Notes under the pieces: generated by a model
What the model was told of the DNA's origin: nothing
Seen by the model: the letters and a program-made list of their open reading frames with translations, nothing else
Database searches by the model: none
Source of the DNA: Anaerolineales bacterium
GTDB lineage: Bacteria; Chloroflexota; Anaerolineae; Anaerolineales; E44-bin32
Assembly: GCA_022866145.1 (NCBI GenBank)
Contig: JALHUE010000071.1
Coordinates: 1-35,692, forward strand
Reading direction: 5' to 3'
Length of the DNA: 35,692 nucleotides
Program-made: the position numbers and the translations under genes
Shown: one piece after another, positions 8,607 through 16,428 of the stretch
Layout: the number at the start of each line of letters is the position of its first letter
Position numbering within the stretch: the first letter of the stretch is position 1

Positions 8607-9172
8607 GCACGACCCCCGACGCAACCCGCTGGCGGCTGCAGCTGGCCCGCCTGGCGGGTCTGGTTCTCGTGGTCGCGTTCTCGGGCGCCATCTACTACTT
8701 CGCGGGCCGCGTCCCCAACATCGAGGTCTACGGCTATCCCGGCGTCTTCGTCCTCTCGGTCCTCGCCAACGCGACCATTATCTTTCCCGCGCCCAGCATG
8801 GCGGTGGCCTTCGCCATGGGCAATGTCCTCAATCCTCTCGGGGTTGCGGTGGTGGCAGGAGCCGGAGCGGCGCTGGGCGAAATGACCGGCTATCTGGCCG
8901 GCTATACGGGTCAAGCCCTGATTCCTCACAACGAGGCGTATCATCGCCTGGAACGCTTGACGCAGCGCTACGGCGGATGGGCCATCCTGGTCCTGGCCAT
9001 GATCCCGAACCCGGCTTTCGATATCGCCGGTGCTGTAGCCGGCGCCATGCGCATGCCGGTGCCGACGTTCCTGTTGGCGGCCTTCGTGGGCAAAACGCTG
9101 AAGATGCTGGTGACGGCCCTAGCAGGCGCCTACACCCTGGATTGGCTGACTGCGTTCTTCGGCCGCTTGTGA
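8603..9172 (+). CDS. Small DedA/VTT-domain (YqaA-like) membrane protein
   Basis: About five hydrophobic helices, with motifs [12 protein letters not shown] and [17 protein letters not shown]. The TTG start overlaps the ppiB stop (TTGA). The start codon is not certain. Confidence 0.7.
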   Translation: MSTTPDATRWRLQLARLAGLVLVVAFSGAIYYFAGRVPNIEVYGYPGVFVLSVLANATIIFPAPSMAVAFAMGNVLNPLGVAVVAGAGAALGEMTGYLAGYTGQALIPHNEAYHRLERLTQRYGGWAILVLAMIPNPAFDIAGAVAGAMRMPVPTFLLAAFVGKTLKMLVTALAGAYTLDWLTAFFGRL

Positions 9173-9180
9173 GCTCGAGT

Positions 9181-10041
9181 TCAGCCCAGCGTGCCCTCCC
9201 CTGAGGCAAGCACATGGTAGGCGCGGGGATACGCTTCCTGCTCCAGGCGCAGGAAATCCGTCAGGAAGTAACCCTTCTCGAAAGCCTCGTCCAGGATGGT
9301 GTTCACCTGCCGCCGCCAGGCCCCGGCTAGTCCAGGCGCACGCCGAGCCAGCCCAGCAGCATCTGCCGGCACCTCCATCAAGACGATCGGCTTGGCCACT
9401 GCTTCAAGTTCCAGGGATGGCGTTCGCAGGCCGGCTTCGTTGAGCCCAGCCGGGTTGACCGGCTGGGCACCGGCTGCCAGATAGTGTGCCAGCGCAAGGG
9501 ATTCGCGCCGAAACCCGGCACGCGACTCCACCCGCCTTGTTCGTAGCCACCACCCCGCTTCCACCCGACGCTCTGCCGGTGGTTCGCATTCTCCATCAAG
9601 CGGGGATCCAACCCATGCTTGGGAGACCGCTCCGAGCCTGTGCAGGGAGAGGTCGGCCCACTCGCCATCCAAAGGATCGAGTTCCCAGGTGATCAGCGGC
9701 AGCCCGTCCTGCTCGGCCAGGCGGCGCAGGGCTTGCATCAGTGCCGTGGCAATCCCCTTCCGGCGCCAGGATGGGTGCACCAGGAGAAGCGCCAGGTGTA
9801 GCTTGAGCCTGGCTTGCACGACTCGGCGATCGGAGCGGGCATCTGCGCCGAGGAAGGCGGCCGCCGCTCCGTGCAGCTCGGTCGCCGGCCCGACTCCGAG
9901 AATGGTGCCACCATGCCGGGAGAGGGCGGCGAAGACCTCCGGCGGGACGACCGCAGGACAGCCGCAATCGGTCTGCAGCTTCGCCCAGCCGGACAGTTGG
10001 GCGGGGGACGCCAGCTGGCCGGACCGACCAGGGGGTCTCAC
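9181..10041 (-). CDS. GNAT-family acetyltransferase-like protein
   Basis: Acetyl-CoA binding-type segment LLVHPSWRRKGIATALMQALRRLAEQDG. The GTG start at 10041 has no clear RBS, so the start is uncertain. Confidence 0.6.
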   Translation of the reverse strand: MRPPGRSGQLASPAQLSGWAKLQTDCGCPAVVPPEVFAALSRHGGTILGVGPATELHGAAAAFLGADARSDRRVVQARLKLHLALLLVHPSWRRKGIATALMQALRRLAEQDGLPLITWELDPLDGEWADLSLHRLGAVSQAWVGSPLDGECEPPAERRVEAGWWLRTRRVESRAGFRRESLALAHYLAAGAQPVNPAGLNEAGLRTPSLELEAVAKPIVLMEVPADAAGLARRAPGLAGAWRRQVNTILDEAFEKGYFLTDFLRLEQEAYPRAYHVLASGEGTLG

Positions 10042-10127
10042 CTCGGGCCGTCAAGGGAGGCTCACCCGGCACATGCGGGCCTGTTTATCACCTTCACGCT
10101 CCCAGCCAGGTGCCTGCCGCCAGCCCG

Positions 10128-11075
10128 TCACTGCTCGATCCGCCCGTGCGAAAAGAGGCGACGAACGAACTCCCAGGTCCAGTTGCGGCCTTGGATATGG
10201 TCGAGGTGAGCCTCAAGGCGCGCCGGCTGCAATCCGAAGCGGCTGGGCAATGCATTCAGCTCGGCTGCCCGGTTGGCAGCCAGGTAGTCGATCCAGAAGT
10301 CTCTTAGCGGCCAGGCGGGGAGCATCCGGCCAACGACGCTCCACGCCGCCCGCAGGTATGGGGGGCGCATGTGGGAGAGCACCCGGGTGATGCTGGCTGC
10401 GGCAAGCACGTCACGCGTCAACTGGTTGGCGCTGAGGAACTCCGGCCCCCCGATCTCGTGGATGTGGCTCCCCTTCTCCGGAGCGGCCATGGTCCACTGG
10501 ATGAGCGTCAGCAGGTCCTCCACCCAGAGTGGATGCAGCAGCACCTCCCCATCCCCCGGCAAGAAGAACACCAACGGCGAGACTGCAGCCGCCAGAGCCA
10601 GGCTCTCGGTGAGATGATCACCCCGACCGAACAGCGCGCCCGTGCGGAAGATCGTATGCGGCACTCCGCTGGCCTGGATGGCCTCCTCCGCCAGGGCCTT
10701 CGCCCGGAGCACTGGATAGGCCGAGGAGCGGTTCGCCCCAACGTGGCTGACGAAGATCAGTTGGCGGACGCCAGCCTCGGCGCCCGCTTCGGCCAGGTTG
10801 CGCGTGCCCTGAACATCGGTGCGCAGCAGGTCGACTTCCGATCCATGATGTTCGGCCCCGGCCAGATGGATCACGACGTCAATCCCGACCATGGCCGCCC
10901 GCACGCCGCGCGCATCCGTGAGCGAGGTCAGGGCGGCCTCCACGCTGAGGCCGCGCGGCAGAGCAGGATCGCGCCCAGAAGGCTTTAGCAGGATCCGCGG
11001 CTGCTCTCCCTCTTGCAGCAGCCGACGCAGCAGATGTCTGCCTGCGAAGCCGGTTGCACCTGTGACCAGGATCAT
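10128..11075 (-). CDS. NAD(P)-binding atypical SDR (NmrA/NDUFA9-like epimerase/dehydratase family)
   Basis: Rossmann motif MILVTGATGFAGRHL. VIHLAG and the YPVLRAK region supply the Y-x3-K-like pattern. A GAAGG RBS precedes the ATG at 11075. Confidence 0.8.
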   Translation of the reverse strand: MILVTGATGFAGRHLLRRLLQEGEQPRILLKPSGRDPALPRGLSVEAALTSLTDARGVRAAMVGIDVVIHLAGAEHHGSEVDLLRTDVQGTRNLAEAGAEAGVRQLIFVSHVGANRSSAYPVLRAKALAEEAIQASGVPHTIFRTGALFGRGDHLTESLALAAAVSPLVFFLPGDGEVLLHPLWVEDLLTLIQWTMAAPEKGSHIHEIGGPEFLSANQLTRDVLAAASITRVLSHMRPPYLRAAWSVVGRMLPAWPLRDFWIDYLAANRAAELNALPSRFGLQPARLEAHLDHIQGRNWTWEFVRRLFSHGRIEQ

Positions 11076-11253
11076 CAGACCTTCGTTCCTCAGGGTTTTG
11101 TGGCACCATCGGAACCTGGGCGCGGGCGACGATCCACCCCCGCCGCCTGCTGGAGCCGAGGCTCGTGAATTCTAGCACACAGGCCTGCGCCTCCCGTGGG
11201 CAAGGCGAGTGTTATACTCGGCAGGTTTGACCTTTGAGGGAGAGGGGTGGTCC

Positions 11254-12513
11254 ATGGAACGCCGCCGGGTCGTGGTCACTGGAATGGGTTGTCTCAGCCC
11301 TCTGGGAAACGATGTCGCCAGCTCCTGGCAGGCGGCAGTCGCCGGAGGCTCCGGCGCCGGCCCAATCACCCTGTTTGACCCTTCCGCCTTCGAAACCCAT
11401 TTCGCGGCCGAGGTCAAGGGGTTCGATGCCGAAGCGGCCTTGGGCCGTCGGCTCGCCCGGCGCACGGATCGCTTCACCCAGTTCGCCCAGGTCAGCGCAG
11501 AGCAGGCGCTGGCGGACTCGGGACTGCAGGTCACGGACGCCATTCGAGACCGAGTGGGCGTGATCATCGGGACCGGCATCGGGGGCGTCACAACGCTCGT
11601 GGCCGAGAACGAGCGCTACCTCTCGCAGGGACCGCGGCGCGTCAGCCCGCACACCGTTCCGATGATGCTCCCGGATGCTGCCGCCGGCCAGCTGGCGATC
11701 GCCTTCGGCTTGCGTGGACCGAACATGGCCGTGGTGACGGCCTGCGCCTCAAGTTCCAACGCGATCGGCGAGGCGGCGGAGATGATCCGGCATAACCGGG
11801 CAGAGGCCATGGTGGCCGGGGGTTCTGAGGCCGCCATATTCCCGGTGGCCGTTGCCGGCTTCAACGCCATGGGGGCCATCTCCCGGCGCAACGACGATCC
11901 GGCGCGAGCCTCTCGGCCCTTTGACCTGAATCGCGACGGCTTCGTGATCGGGGAGGGTTCGGCCACACTCGTCCTCGAGGCGCTCGAGTTCGCACTTGCG
12001 CGCGGGGCGCGGATACTGGCTGAGGTCGTGGGGTACGGCTCGACCAACGACGCCTTTCACATCTCCGCCCCGGCTGAGAACGGCGCCGGCGCTGCCGCCT
12101 GTATGCAGCTGACGCTGAAGGACGCCGGCCTGGCCCCTGCGGACATCGACTACATCAACGCCCATGGCACCAGCACGAAACTCAACGATGCCAGTGAGAC
12201 GACGGCCATCAAGACGGTTTTCGGCGAGATGGCCGGCCGCATCCCGATTTCGTCGACAAAGTCCATGACCGGCCACCTGATGGGCGCGGCCGGCGCCCTC
12301 GAGGCGATATTCTGCGTGAGGGCCTTGCAGGAAGGGATCATTCCGCCCACAATCAATCTCGAGACGACCGATCCGGACTGTGACCTCGACTACGTCCCCA
12401 ATACTGCGCGCAAGCTCAAGGCCCGCTACATCCTCTCTAACTCCTTCGGCTTCGGCGGACACAACGCCTCCCTCATCTTCGCCCACCCAGACGCGATCGG
12501 CCGCTCCGCATGA
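11254..12513 (+). CDS. fabF: 3-oxoacyl-ACP synthase II
   Basis: RVVVTGMGCLSPLGN; active-site Cys in VVTACASSSNAIGEA; His motifs NAHGTSTKLND and GHLMGAAGA; C-terminal SNSFGFGGHNASLIF. The ATG at 11254 follows GAGGGAGAGGGG. Confidence 0.93.
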   Translation: MERRRVVVTGMGCLSPLGNDVASSWQAAVAGGSGAGPITLFDPSAFETHFAAEVKGFDAEAALGRRLARRTDRFTQFAQVSAEQALADSGLQVTDAIRDRVGVIIGTGIGGVTTLVAENERYLSQGPRRVSPHTVPMMLPDAAAGQLAIAFGLRGPNMAVVTACASSSNAIGEAAEMIRHNRAEAMVAGGSEAAIFPVAVAGFNAMGAISRRNDDPARASRPFDLNRDGFVIGEGSATLVLEALEFALARGARILAEVVGYGSTNDAFHISAPAENGAGAAACMQLTLKDAGLAPADIDYINAHGTSTKLNDASETTAIKTVFGEMAGRIPISSTKSMTGHLMGAAGALEAIFCVRALQEGIIPPTINLETTDPDCDLDYVPNTARKLKARYILSNSFGFGGHNASLIFAHPDAIGRSA

Positions 12514-13637
12514 CCCGCTACGCCCACGTCACCGGCTGGGGAATGGCCGTCCCCGATCGCGTCCTGACCAATGTGGAACTGGAGCGAATGGTCGATACCG
12601 ACGATGAGTGGATCATCAGCCGCACGGGGATCCATGCCCGTCGGATCGCGGACAAGCACGATACCACCGCCACTCTGGCCACCAAGGCCGGCCGCCACGC
12701 CCTCGAAAGCGCAGACATCGGTCCGGCACAGGTGGACCTGATCATCGTGGCCACAGGCTCGCCGGAGCACATCTTCCCGGCGACGGCCTGCCTGGTGCAG
12801 GATGCCCTCGGCGCAACCAAGGCCGGCGCCTTCGATCTCTTGGCGGCCTGCACCGGCTTCATCTTCGCCCTCAACATGGCTGCCCAGGCGATCCAAACCG
12901 GCGCGATCGACTCGGCGCTGGTCATCGGGTCGGAGACGCTCTCGCGGTTCGTTGACTGGGAAGACCGTTCAACCGCCATCCTGTTTGGCGACGGCGCCGG
13001 CGCATTTGTCCTCGAGGCTCGCGATACGCCGGGAGGGGTCTTGGCGGGGGTAATGCGCTCGGACGGCTCAGGCGGCGGCCTGCTGGCCATTCCGGCGGGC
13101 GGAAGCCGGCTGCCGACCACCCACGAGACGGTCGATCGCAAGCAGCACACCATCCAGATGAACGGCAGAGAGGTCTTCCGTTTTGCCACGCACGTGATGG
13201 CCTCAGCCACGCGAGAAGTCGTCAAGAAGGCCGGGCTGCAGATGAGCGATATCAAGGTCGTGGTCCCTCACCAGGCGAATCTGCGCATCATCGAAGCTGC
13301 CGCCCGCGGCCTGCGCCTGCCCATGGAGCGCTTCGTTGTCAATATCGAGCAGTACGGGAACACTTCCAGTGCCTCCATCCCGATCGCCGTTTGCGAAGCG
13401 GTACACGCCGGTCGGATCAAACCGGGGGACCACATGGTCCTGGTTGGTTTCGGCGCCGGCCTAACCTGGGGGGCGCTTGTCCTGCAATGGGCGGAGACCG
13501 AGCGCAAGGTCAGCCGCAGCCGCCGCGGGAAGATCCGGGTGCGCGGCATATTCGCCCGATTGCGAGCCGCCTTCCTGCGCCTGGTTCGCAGGCTGGAGGG
13601 ATTGCTCTGGGGGGCGGCCAACGAGCCTAGGGAGTAG
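12510..13637 (+). CDS. fabH: 3-oxoacyl-ACP synthase III with an extra ~48-aa Arg-rich C-terminal tail
   Basis: DEWIISRTGI; Cys in LAACTGFIFAL; His in VPHQANLRI; Asn in YGNTSSASIP. The start overlaps the fabF stop (ATGA). The tail after GLTWGALVLQW is not part of canonical FabH. Confidence 0.9.
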   Translation: MTRYAHVTGWGMAVPDRVLTNVELERMVDTDDEWIISRTGIHARRIADKHDTTATLATKAGRHALESADIGPAQVDLIIVATGSPEHIFPATACLVQDALGATKAGAFDLLAACTGFIFALNMAAQAIQTGAIDSALVIGSETLSRFVDWEDRSTAILFGDGAGAFVLEARDTPGGVLAGVMRSDGSGGGLLAIPAGGSRLPTTHETVDRKQHTIQMNGREVFRFATHVMASATREVVKKAGLQMSDIKVVVPHQANLRIIEAAARGLRLPMERFVVNIEQYGNTSSASIPIAVCEAVHAGRIKPGDHMVLVGFGAGLTWGALVLQWAETERKVSRSRRGKIRVRGIFARLRAAFLRLVRRLEGLLWGAANEPRE

Positions 13638-13643
13638 ACGACT

Positions 13644-13669
13644 GCGGGGCGCACAGAAGTGCGCCCCGC
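13644..13669. terminator. Bidirectional hairpin terminator between fabH and trxA
   Basis: Perfect 11-bp stem GCGGGGCGCAC / GTGCGCCCCGC with an AGAA loop. It sits in the 60-nt gap between the convergent stops at 13637 and 13698. Confidence 0.7.
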
Positions 13670-13697
13670 CATCTTTCAACGGAACCCAGACAAACGA

Positions 13698-14057
13698 TCA
13701 GTTCTTGTCCGGCAGGCTCAGGGTGGAAGCCGTCTGCAAGAATTCGTCAACCATATCCCGCAAATAGGGTTCGGGTACCGCTCCCACTTGCTGGTGGACC
13801 ACCTTCCCCCGAGCGACAAACAACATCGTCGGGATGCCTTGCACACCGTAGGACTGCGCCCAGGTGGGGTTCTCATCTGTGTTGACTTTGGCCACGATCA
13901 GCTTGCCAGCGTACTCCTTGGCGATCTTGTCTAGGATCGGGGCCACCATGCGGCACGGACCACACCACGGCGCCCAGAAGTCAACAATGGCGGGCAGGGG
14001 GGACTGGAGCACGGTCTTCTCGAAGGCCGCGTCCGTCACATGTACAGGTTCACTCAT
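13698..14057 (-). CDS. trxA: Thioredoxin
   Basis: WAPWCGPCRM active site and GIPTMLF motif. The 119-aa product from the ATG at 14057 matches thioredoxin size. The 26-codon extension to 14135 is not supported. Confidence 0.9.
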   Translation of the reverse strand: MSEPVHVTDAAFEKTVLQSPLPAIVDFWAPWCGPCRMVAPILDKIAKEYAGKLIVAKVNTDENPTWAQSYGVQGIPTMLFVARGKVVHQQVGAVPEPYLRDMVDEFLQTASTLSLPDKN

Positions 14058-14219
14058 GGGTTCCACAGCATGATCCTTTCCGGCGTGCCATGTTACCACA
14101 GCCGTCCGGCCTGCCGCCCCAGTGGAGGCAGCCATCAGGTACGCCCGCTCACCCTGCCCTCGCTGGCCGGGCCTGGGGGGCGGCCCTGCCCTCCCGAGCG
14201 GACGGCAGCAGGCAACCGT

Positions 14220-14633
14220 CTAGGCCGGTAGCAGCTCGTAGCGGGTCTCCAACTGTACTTGATCGTTCAGGCTGGCGGCCACCGAGCAGTACTTGTGCTC
14301 GGCCAGTTCGATCGAGCGGGCGACGGCCTGGGGATCCAGACCGACACCGCTCACCCGGTACAGCATGCGGATCTTCTGGAACCCCCAAGGGGGATCGGGG
14401 CTCTGGGTGCCCTCAACCTCGATCTCCAGTCCGGTGATTGACTGGCGCTTCTTCTGCATCACCTGGACGAAGGTGACCGCCGTGCAAGATGCCAGCGAGA
14501 TCAAGAAGAGTTCCGTCGGCTTGATCCCGTAGGCCGCATCGCCCTGCTGACTCGAGACCAGGGTTGTGTGCCGGTTGCTGTCGGTGCCTAGGAACGCGCT
14601 GTGCTCGATCCAAACCACACGGGCGCTGGGCAA
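14220..14633 (-). CDS. OsmC/Ohr-family peroxiredoxin-like protein
   Basis: OsmC pattern: LISLASCTAVTF and AEHKYCSVAASL, giving the two conserved Cys. The TTG at 14633 lies 6 nt after GGGGAGG and gives a 137-aa product of normal OsmC size. The ORF-track start at 14747 has no RBS. Confidence 0.75.
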   Translation of the reverse strand: MPSARVVWIEHSAFLGTDSNRHTTLVSSQQGDAAYGIKPTELFLISLASCTAVTFVQVMQKKRQSITGLEIEVEGTQSPDPPWGFQKIRMLYRVSGVGLDPQAVARSIELAEHKYCSVAASLNDQVQLETRYELLPA

Positions 14634-14667
14634 ATCAGCCTCCCCTCTGCGGGCTTGGTGGGGGAGC

Positions 14668-14673
14668 AGTATA
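14668..14673 (-). promoter_or_regulatory. Candidate -10 (TATACT on minus strand) for the OsmC gene
   Basis: Plus-strand agtata at 14668-14673, 34 nt upstream of the TTG at 14633. It is an AT-rich hexamer in otherwise GC-rich intergenic DNA. Confidence 0.3.
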
Positions 14674-14761
14674 GCATCCCCGGCCCTCCCAGACCCGGCC
14701 CAGCTCAGCGCCTGCGCCCAGAAGCAGGTGCGGTGGCCGGCGGCCAACGCAGTCCGGGCGG

Positions 14762-14767
14762 TATAAT
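14762..14767 (+). promoter_or_regulatory. Candidate -10 (GGTATAAT) for the zinc-ribbon/scpA operon
   Basis: TATAAT at 14762-14767, 33 nt upstream of the GTG at 14801. The GTG has a GGGGAGGAG RBS. Confidence 0.45.
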
Positions 14768-14800
14768 CCTGTCCTTGAACAACCGTGAGGGGAGGAGACG

Positions 14801-15259
14801 GTGAACTTGGAGCAGGTCTGCCCGAGCTGCCTCTCCTTGGACCTGGTCCACGAACCGGGCGCCTGGACCTGCCAGCAGTGCGGCATGGTGTTCGATCCGC
14901 CGCTGGTCCTGTGCCCCAGCTGCGGCGGCGCCAACGTCGCCGATGATGACGCGTGTGCCGCCTGCGGCCGTCCGCTGACCCTGGTGGACCAGGTGCTCAA
15001 CCGACACTCCAATCCGAGGACTCCCACCTTCCTGGCCTCTGTTCGCGACCAGGCCCCTGCACTGAAGGAGAGCGAGCAGCGCTCTTCCGAAGCCCGCTCC
15101 CAGGAATTCCTCGAGATCGACCGCCGGCGAGAGGAACAACAGGCCATCCAGGAAGCGCAGCGGCGCAGGTCCGATCGGATGCTGCTCAGCCTCGGGATTG
15201 CGCTGGGAGCGATTGTGCTGGGGGCTGCGTGCATCGTCGGCCTGGTGATCGCCGGATGA
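14801..15259 (+). CDS. Tail-anchored double zinc-ribbon protein (unknown function)
   Basis: Four CxxC pairs (CPSC, CQQC, CPSC, CAAC) are followed by a charged helical segment (EFLEIDRRREEQQAIQEAQRRR) and one C-terminal TM helix. A strong RBS is present. The stop overlaps the scpA start. Confidence 0.7.
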   Translation: MNLEQVCPSCLSLDLVHEPGAWTCQQCGMVFDPPLVLCPSCGGANVADDDACAACGRPLTLVDQVLNRHSNPRTPTFLASVRDQAPALKESEQRSSEARSQEFLEIDRRREEQQAIQEAQRRRSDRMLLSLGIALGAIVLGAACIVGLVIAG

Positions 15260-16026
15260 TGGAGAGCCCTCCGCAGTACCAGGTCGCTCTGCCGGTCTTC
15301 GAGGGCCCGCTTGGCCTGCTGCTGGACCTGATCGAACGCGAGGAGCTCGAGATCACCAAGGTCGCCCTGGCTCAGGTAACCGATCAATACCTTGACTACC
15401 TGCGCCGCGCTTCGCAGCACGAGATCGCCGACTTGGCGTCGTTCCTGGTGATTGCCGCCAGGCTGATCCAGATCAAGTCTGAGGCCTTGCTCCCTCGGCC
15501 ACCGGTTCGTCAGCCGGGCGAGGAGGATCCGGGAGACCTGCTGGCGCGCCAGCTGATGGCCTACAAGAAGTACAAGCAGGTGGCCGTCCAGCTGGCCGAG
15601 CGCCAGCAGTCGAACCTGCGGTCGTATCTGCGTCTGGCGGCGCCCCCATCGATCGCACCCAAGCTCGACCTGACGGGCGTCGGGCTCCCCCAGCTGCTGC
15701 GCGCCTTGCAGGCCGCCCTGGCATTCGGCGCGGCCACCGCCAGTTTCGCTCAGGTCATGGCCTTGCCGGTAGTGCACATCCGCGACAAGATCCGCCTGAT
15801 CGCCGCTGCCCTGCGGGCCGCCGGCCGCACCACCTTCCGCGAGGCGATTCGACATGCGCGCACTCGCCTGGAGATCGTGGTCACTTTCCTGGCCGTGCTC
15901 GAACTGCTGAAACGCAAGGCTATTGAAGCCGAGCAGCCCGTCCTTTTCGGAGAAATCGAGATCGTGCGTGGGCCGGAGTGGCAGGAGGATCAACTGCCGT
16001 TGGTAGATCTGGAATTCGAGGAGTAG
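15256..16026 (+). CDS. scpA: Segregation and condensation protein A (kleisin)
   Basis: FEGPLGLLLDLIEREELEITKVALAQVTDQYLDYL is the typical ScpA N-terminus, and the C-terminal winged-helix-like region reads VVTFLAVLELLKRK. The ATG at 15256 overlaps the upstream stop (ATGA). Confidence 0.88.
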   Translation: MMESPPQYQVALPVFEGPLGLLLDLIEREELEITKVALAQVTDQYLDYLRRASQHEIADLASFLVIAARLIQIKSEALLPRPPVRQPGEEDPGDLLARQLMAYKKYKQVAVQLAERQQSNLRSYLRLAAPPSIAPKLDLTGVGLPQLLRALQAALAFGAATASFAQVMALPVVHIRDKIRLIAAALRAAGRTTFREAIRHARTRLEIVVTFLAVLELLKRKAIEAEQPVLFGEIEIVRGPEWQEDQLPLVDLEFEE

Positions 16027-16388
16027 AGGCCGGCGATGAACACCGCCACCGTGGCTCCGGCCGTGTCGATGACGACATCGCGCAGGGCCGATGTCCGGCC
16101 CTCGACGAACGATTGGTGGAATTCGTCGCTCAGGGCGAAGAGAAACGCCATGGTCACTGCCAGCACAGCCCGGTAGCCGCTGGCCAGGCGCGGCGGAAGC
16201 GCCCAGAAGTAGGCGACCGCCAGCAGGGCGTAGCCGATGGCGTGCCCGCCTTTCTTGAAGAGCAGATCGAACTCGCCGAAATACGGCAGGCGGCTGGCCG
16301 GCAGTGAGGAGAAGGCGAAGATGGCCATCATCATTCCAACGGCAGGCAGCCAACGAAGCAGGACGGCGCGGGGAGACATGCGGGCCAT
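15990..16388 (-). CDS. VanZ-like family membrane protein
   Basis: Four hydrophobic helices with motifs SDEFHQSFVEGRTSALRDVVIDTAGA and KKGGHAIGYALL. The ATG at 16388 has GGAGGG upstream; 16379 is an alternative start. The 3' end overlaps the scpA 3' end by 37 nt (convergent). Confidence 0.75.
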   Translation of the reverse strand: MARMSPRAVLLRWLPAVGMMMAIFAFSSLPASRLPYFGEFDLLFKKGGHAIGYALLAVAYFWALPPRLASGYRAVLAVTMAFLFALSDEFHQSFVEGRTSALRDVVIDTAGATVAVFIAGLYSSNSRSTNGS

Positions 16389-16417
16389 TCTACCACCCGC
16401 CCTCCAGTCCAACGCGG

Positions 16418-16423
16418 TATAGG
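16418..16423 (+). promoter_or_regulatory. Possible -10-like box (TATAGG) placed for a leaderless YyaL-type transcript
   Basis: GCGGTATAGG, then CTGAC, then the GTG at 16429. There is no SD. The context resembles GCGGTATAAT at 14759. The hexamer is imperfect. Confidence 0.25.
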
Positions 16424-16428
16424 CTGAC

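Noticed and set aside
11101-11116. Sigma-54 promoter-like TGGCAC in the SDR/fabF divergent region
   Set aside because: The required -12 element (TTGC 5 nt downstream) is absent; the sequence reads TGGCAC-CATCG-GAAC.
14635-16353. 572-aa ORF antisense to the zinc-ribbon, scpA and VanZ region
   Set aside because: The reasoning is the same. It crosses three independently supported genes and two intergenic promoters, and its composition is Arg/Gly/Pro/Leu-rich.
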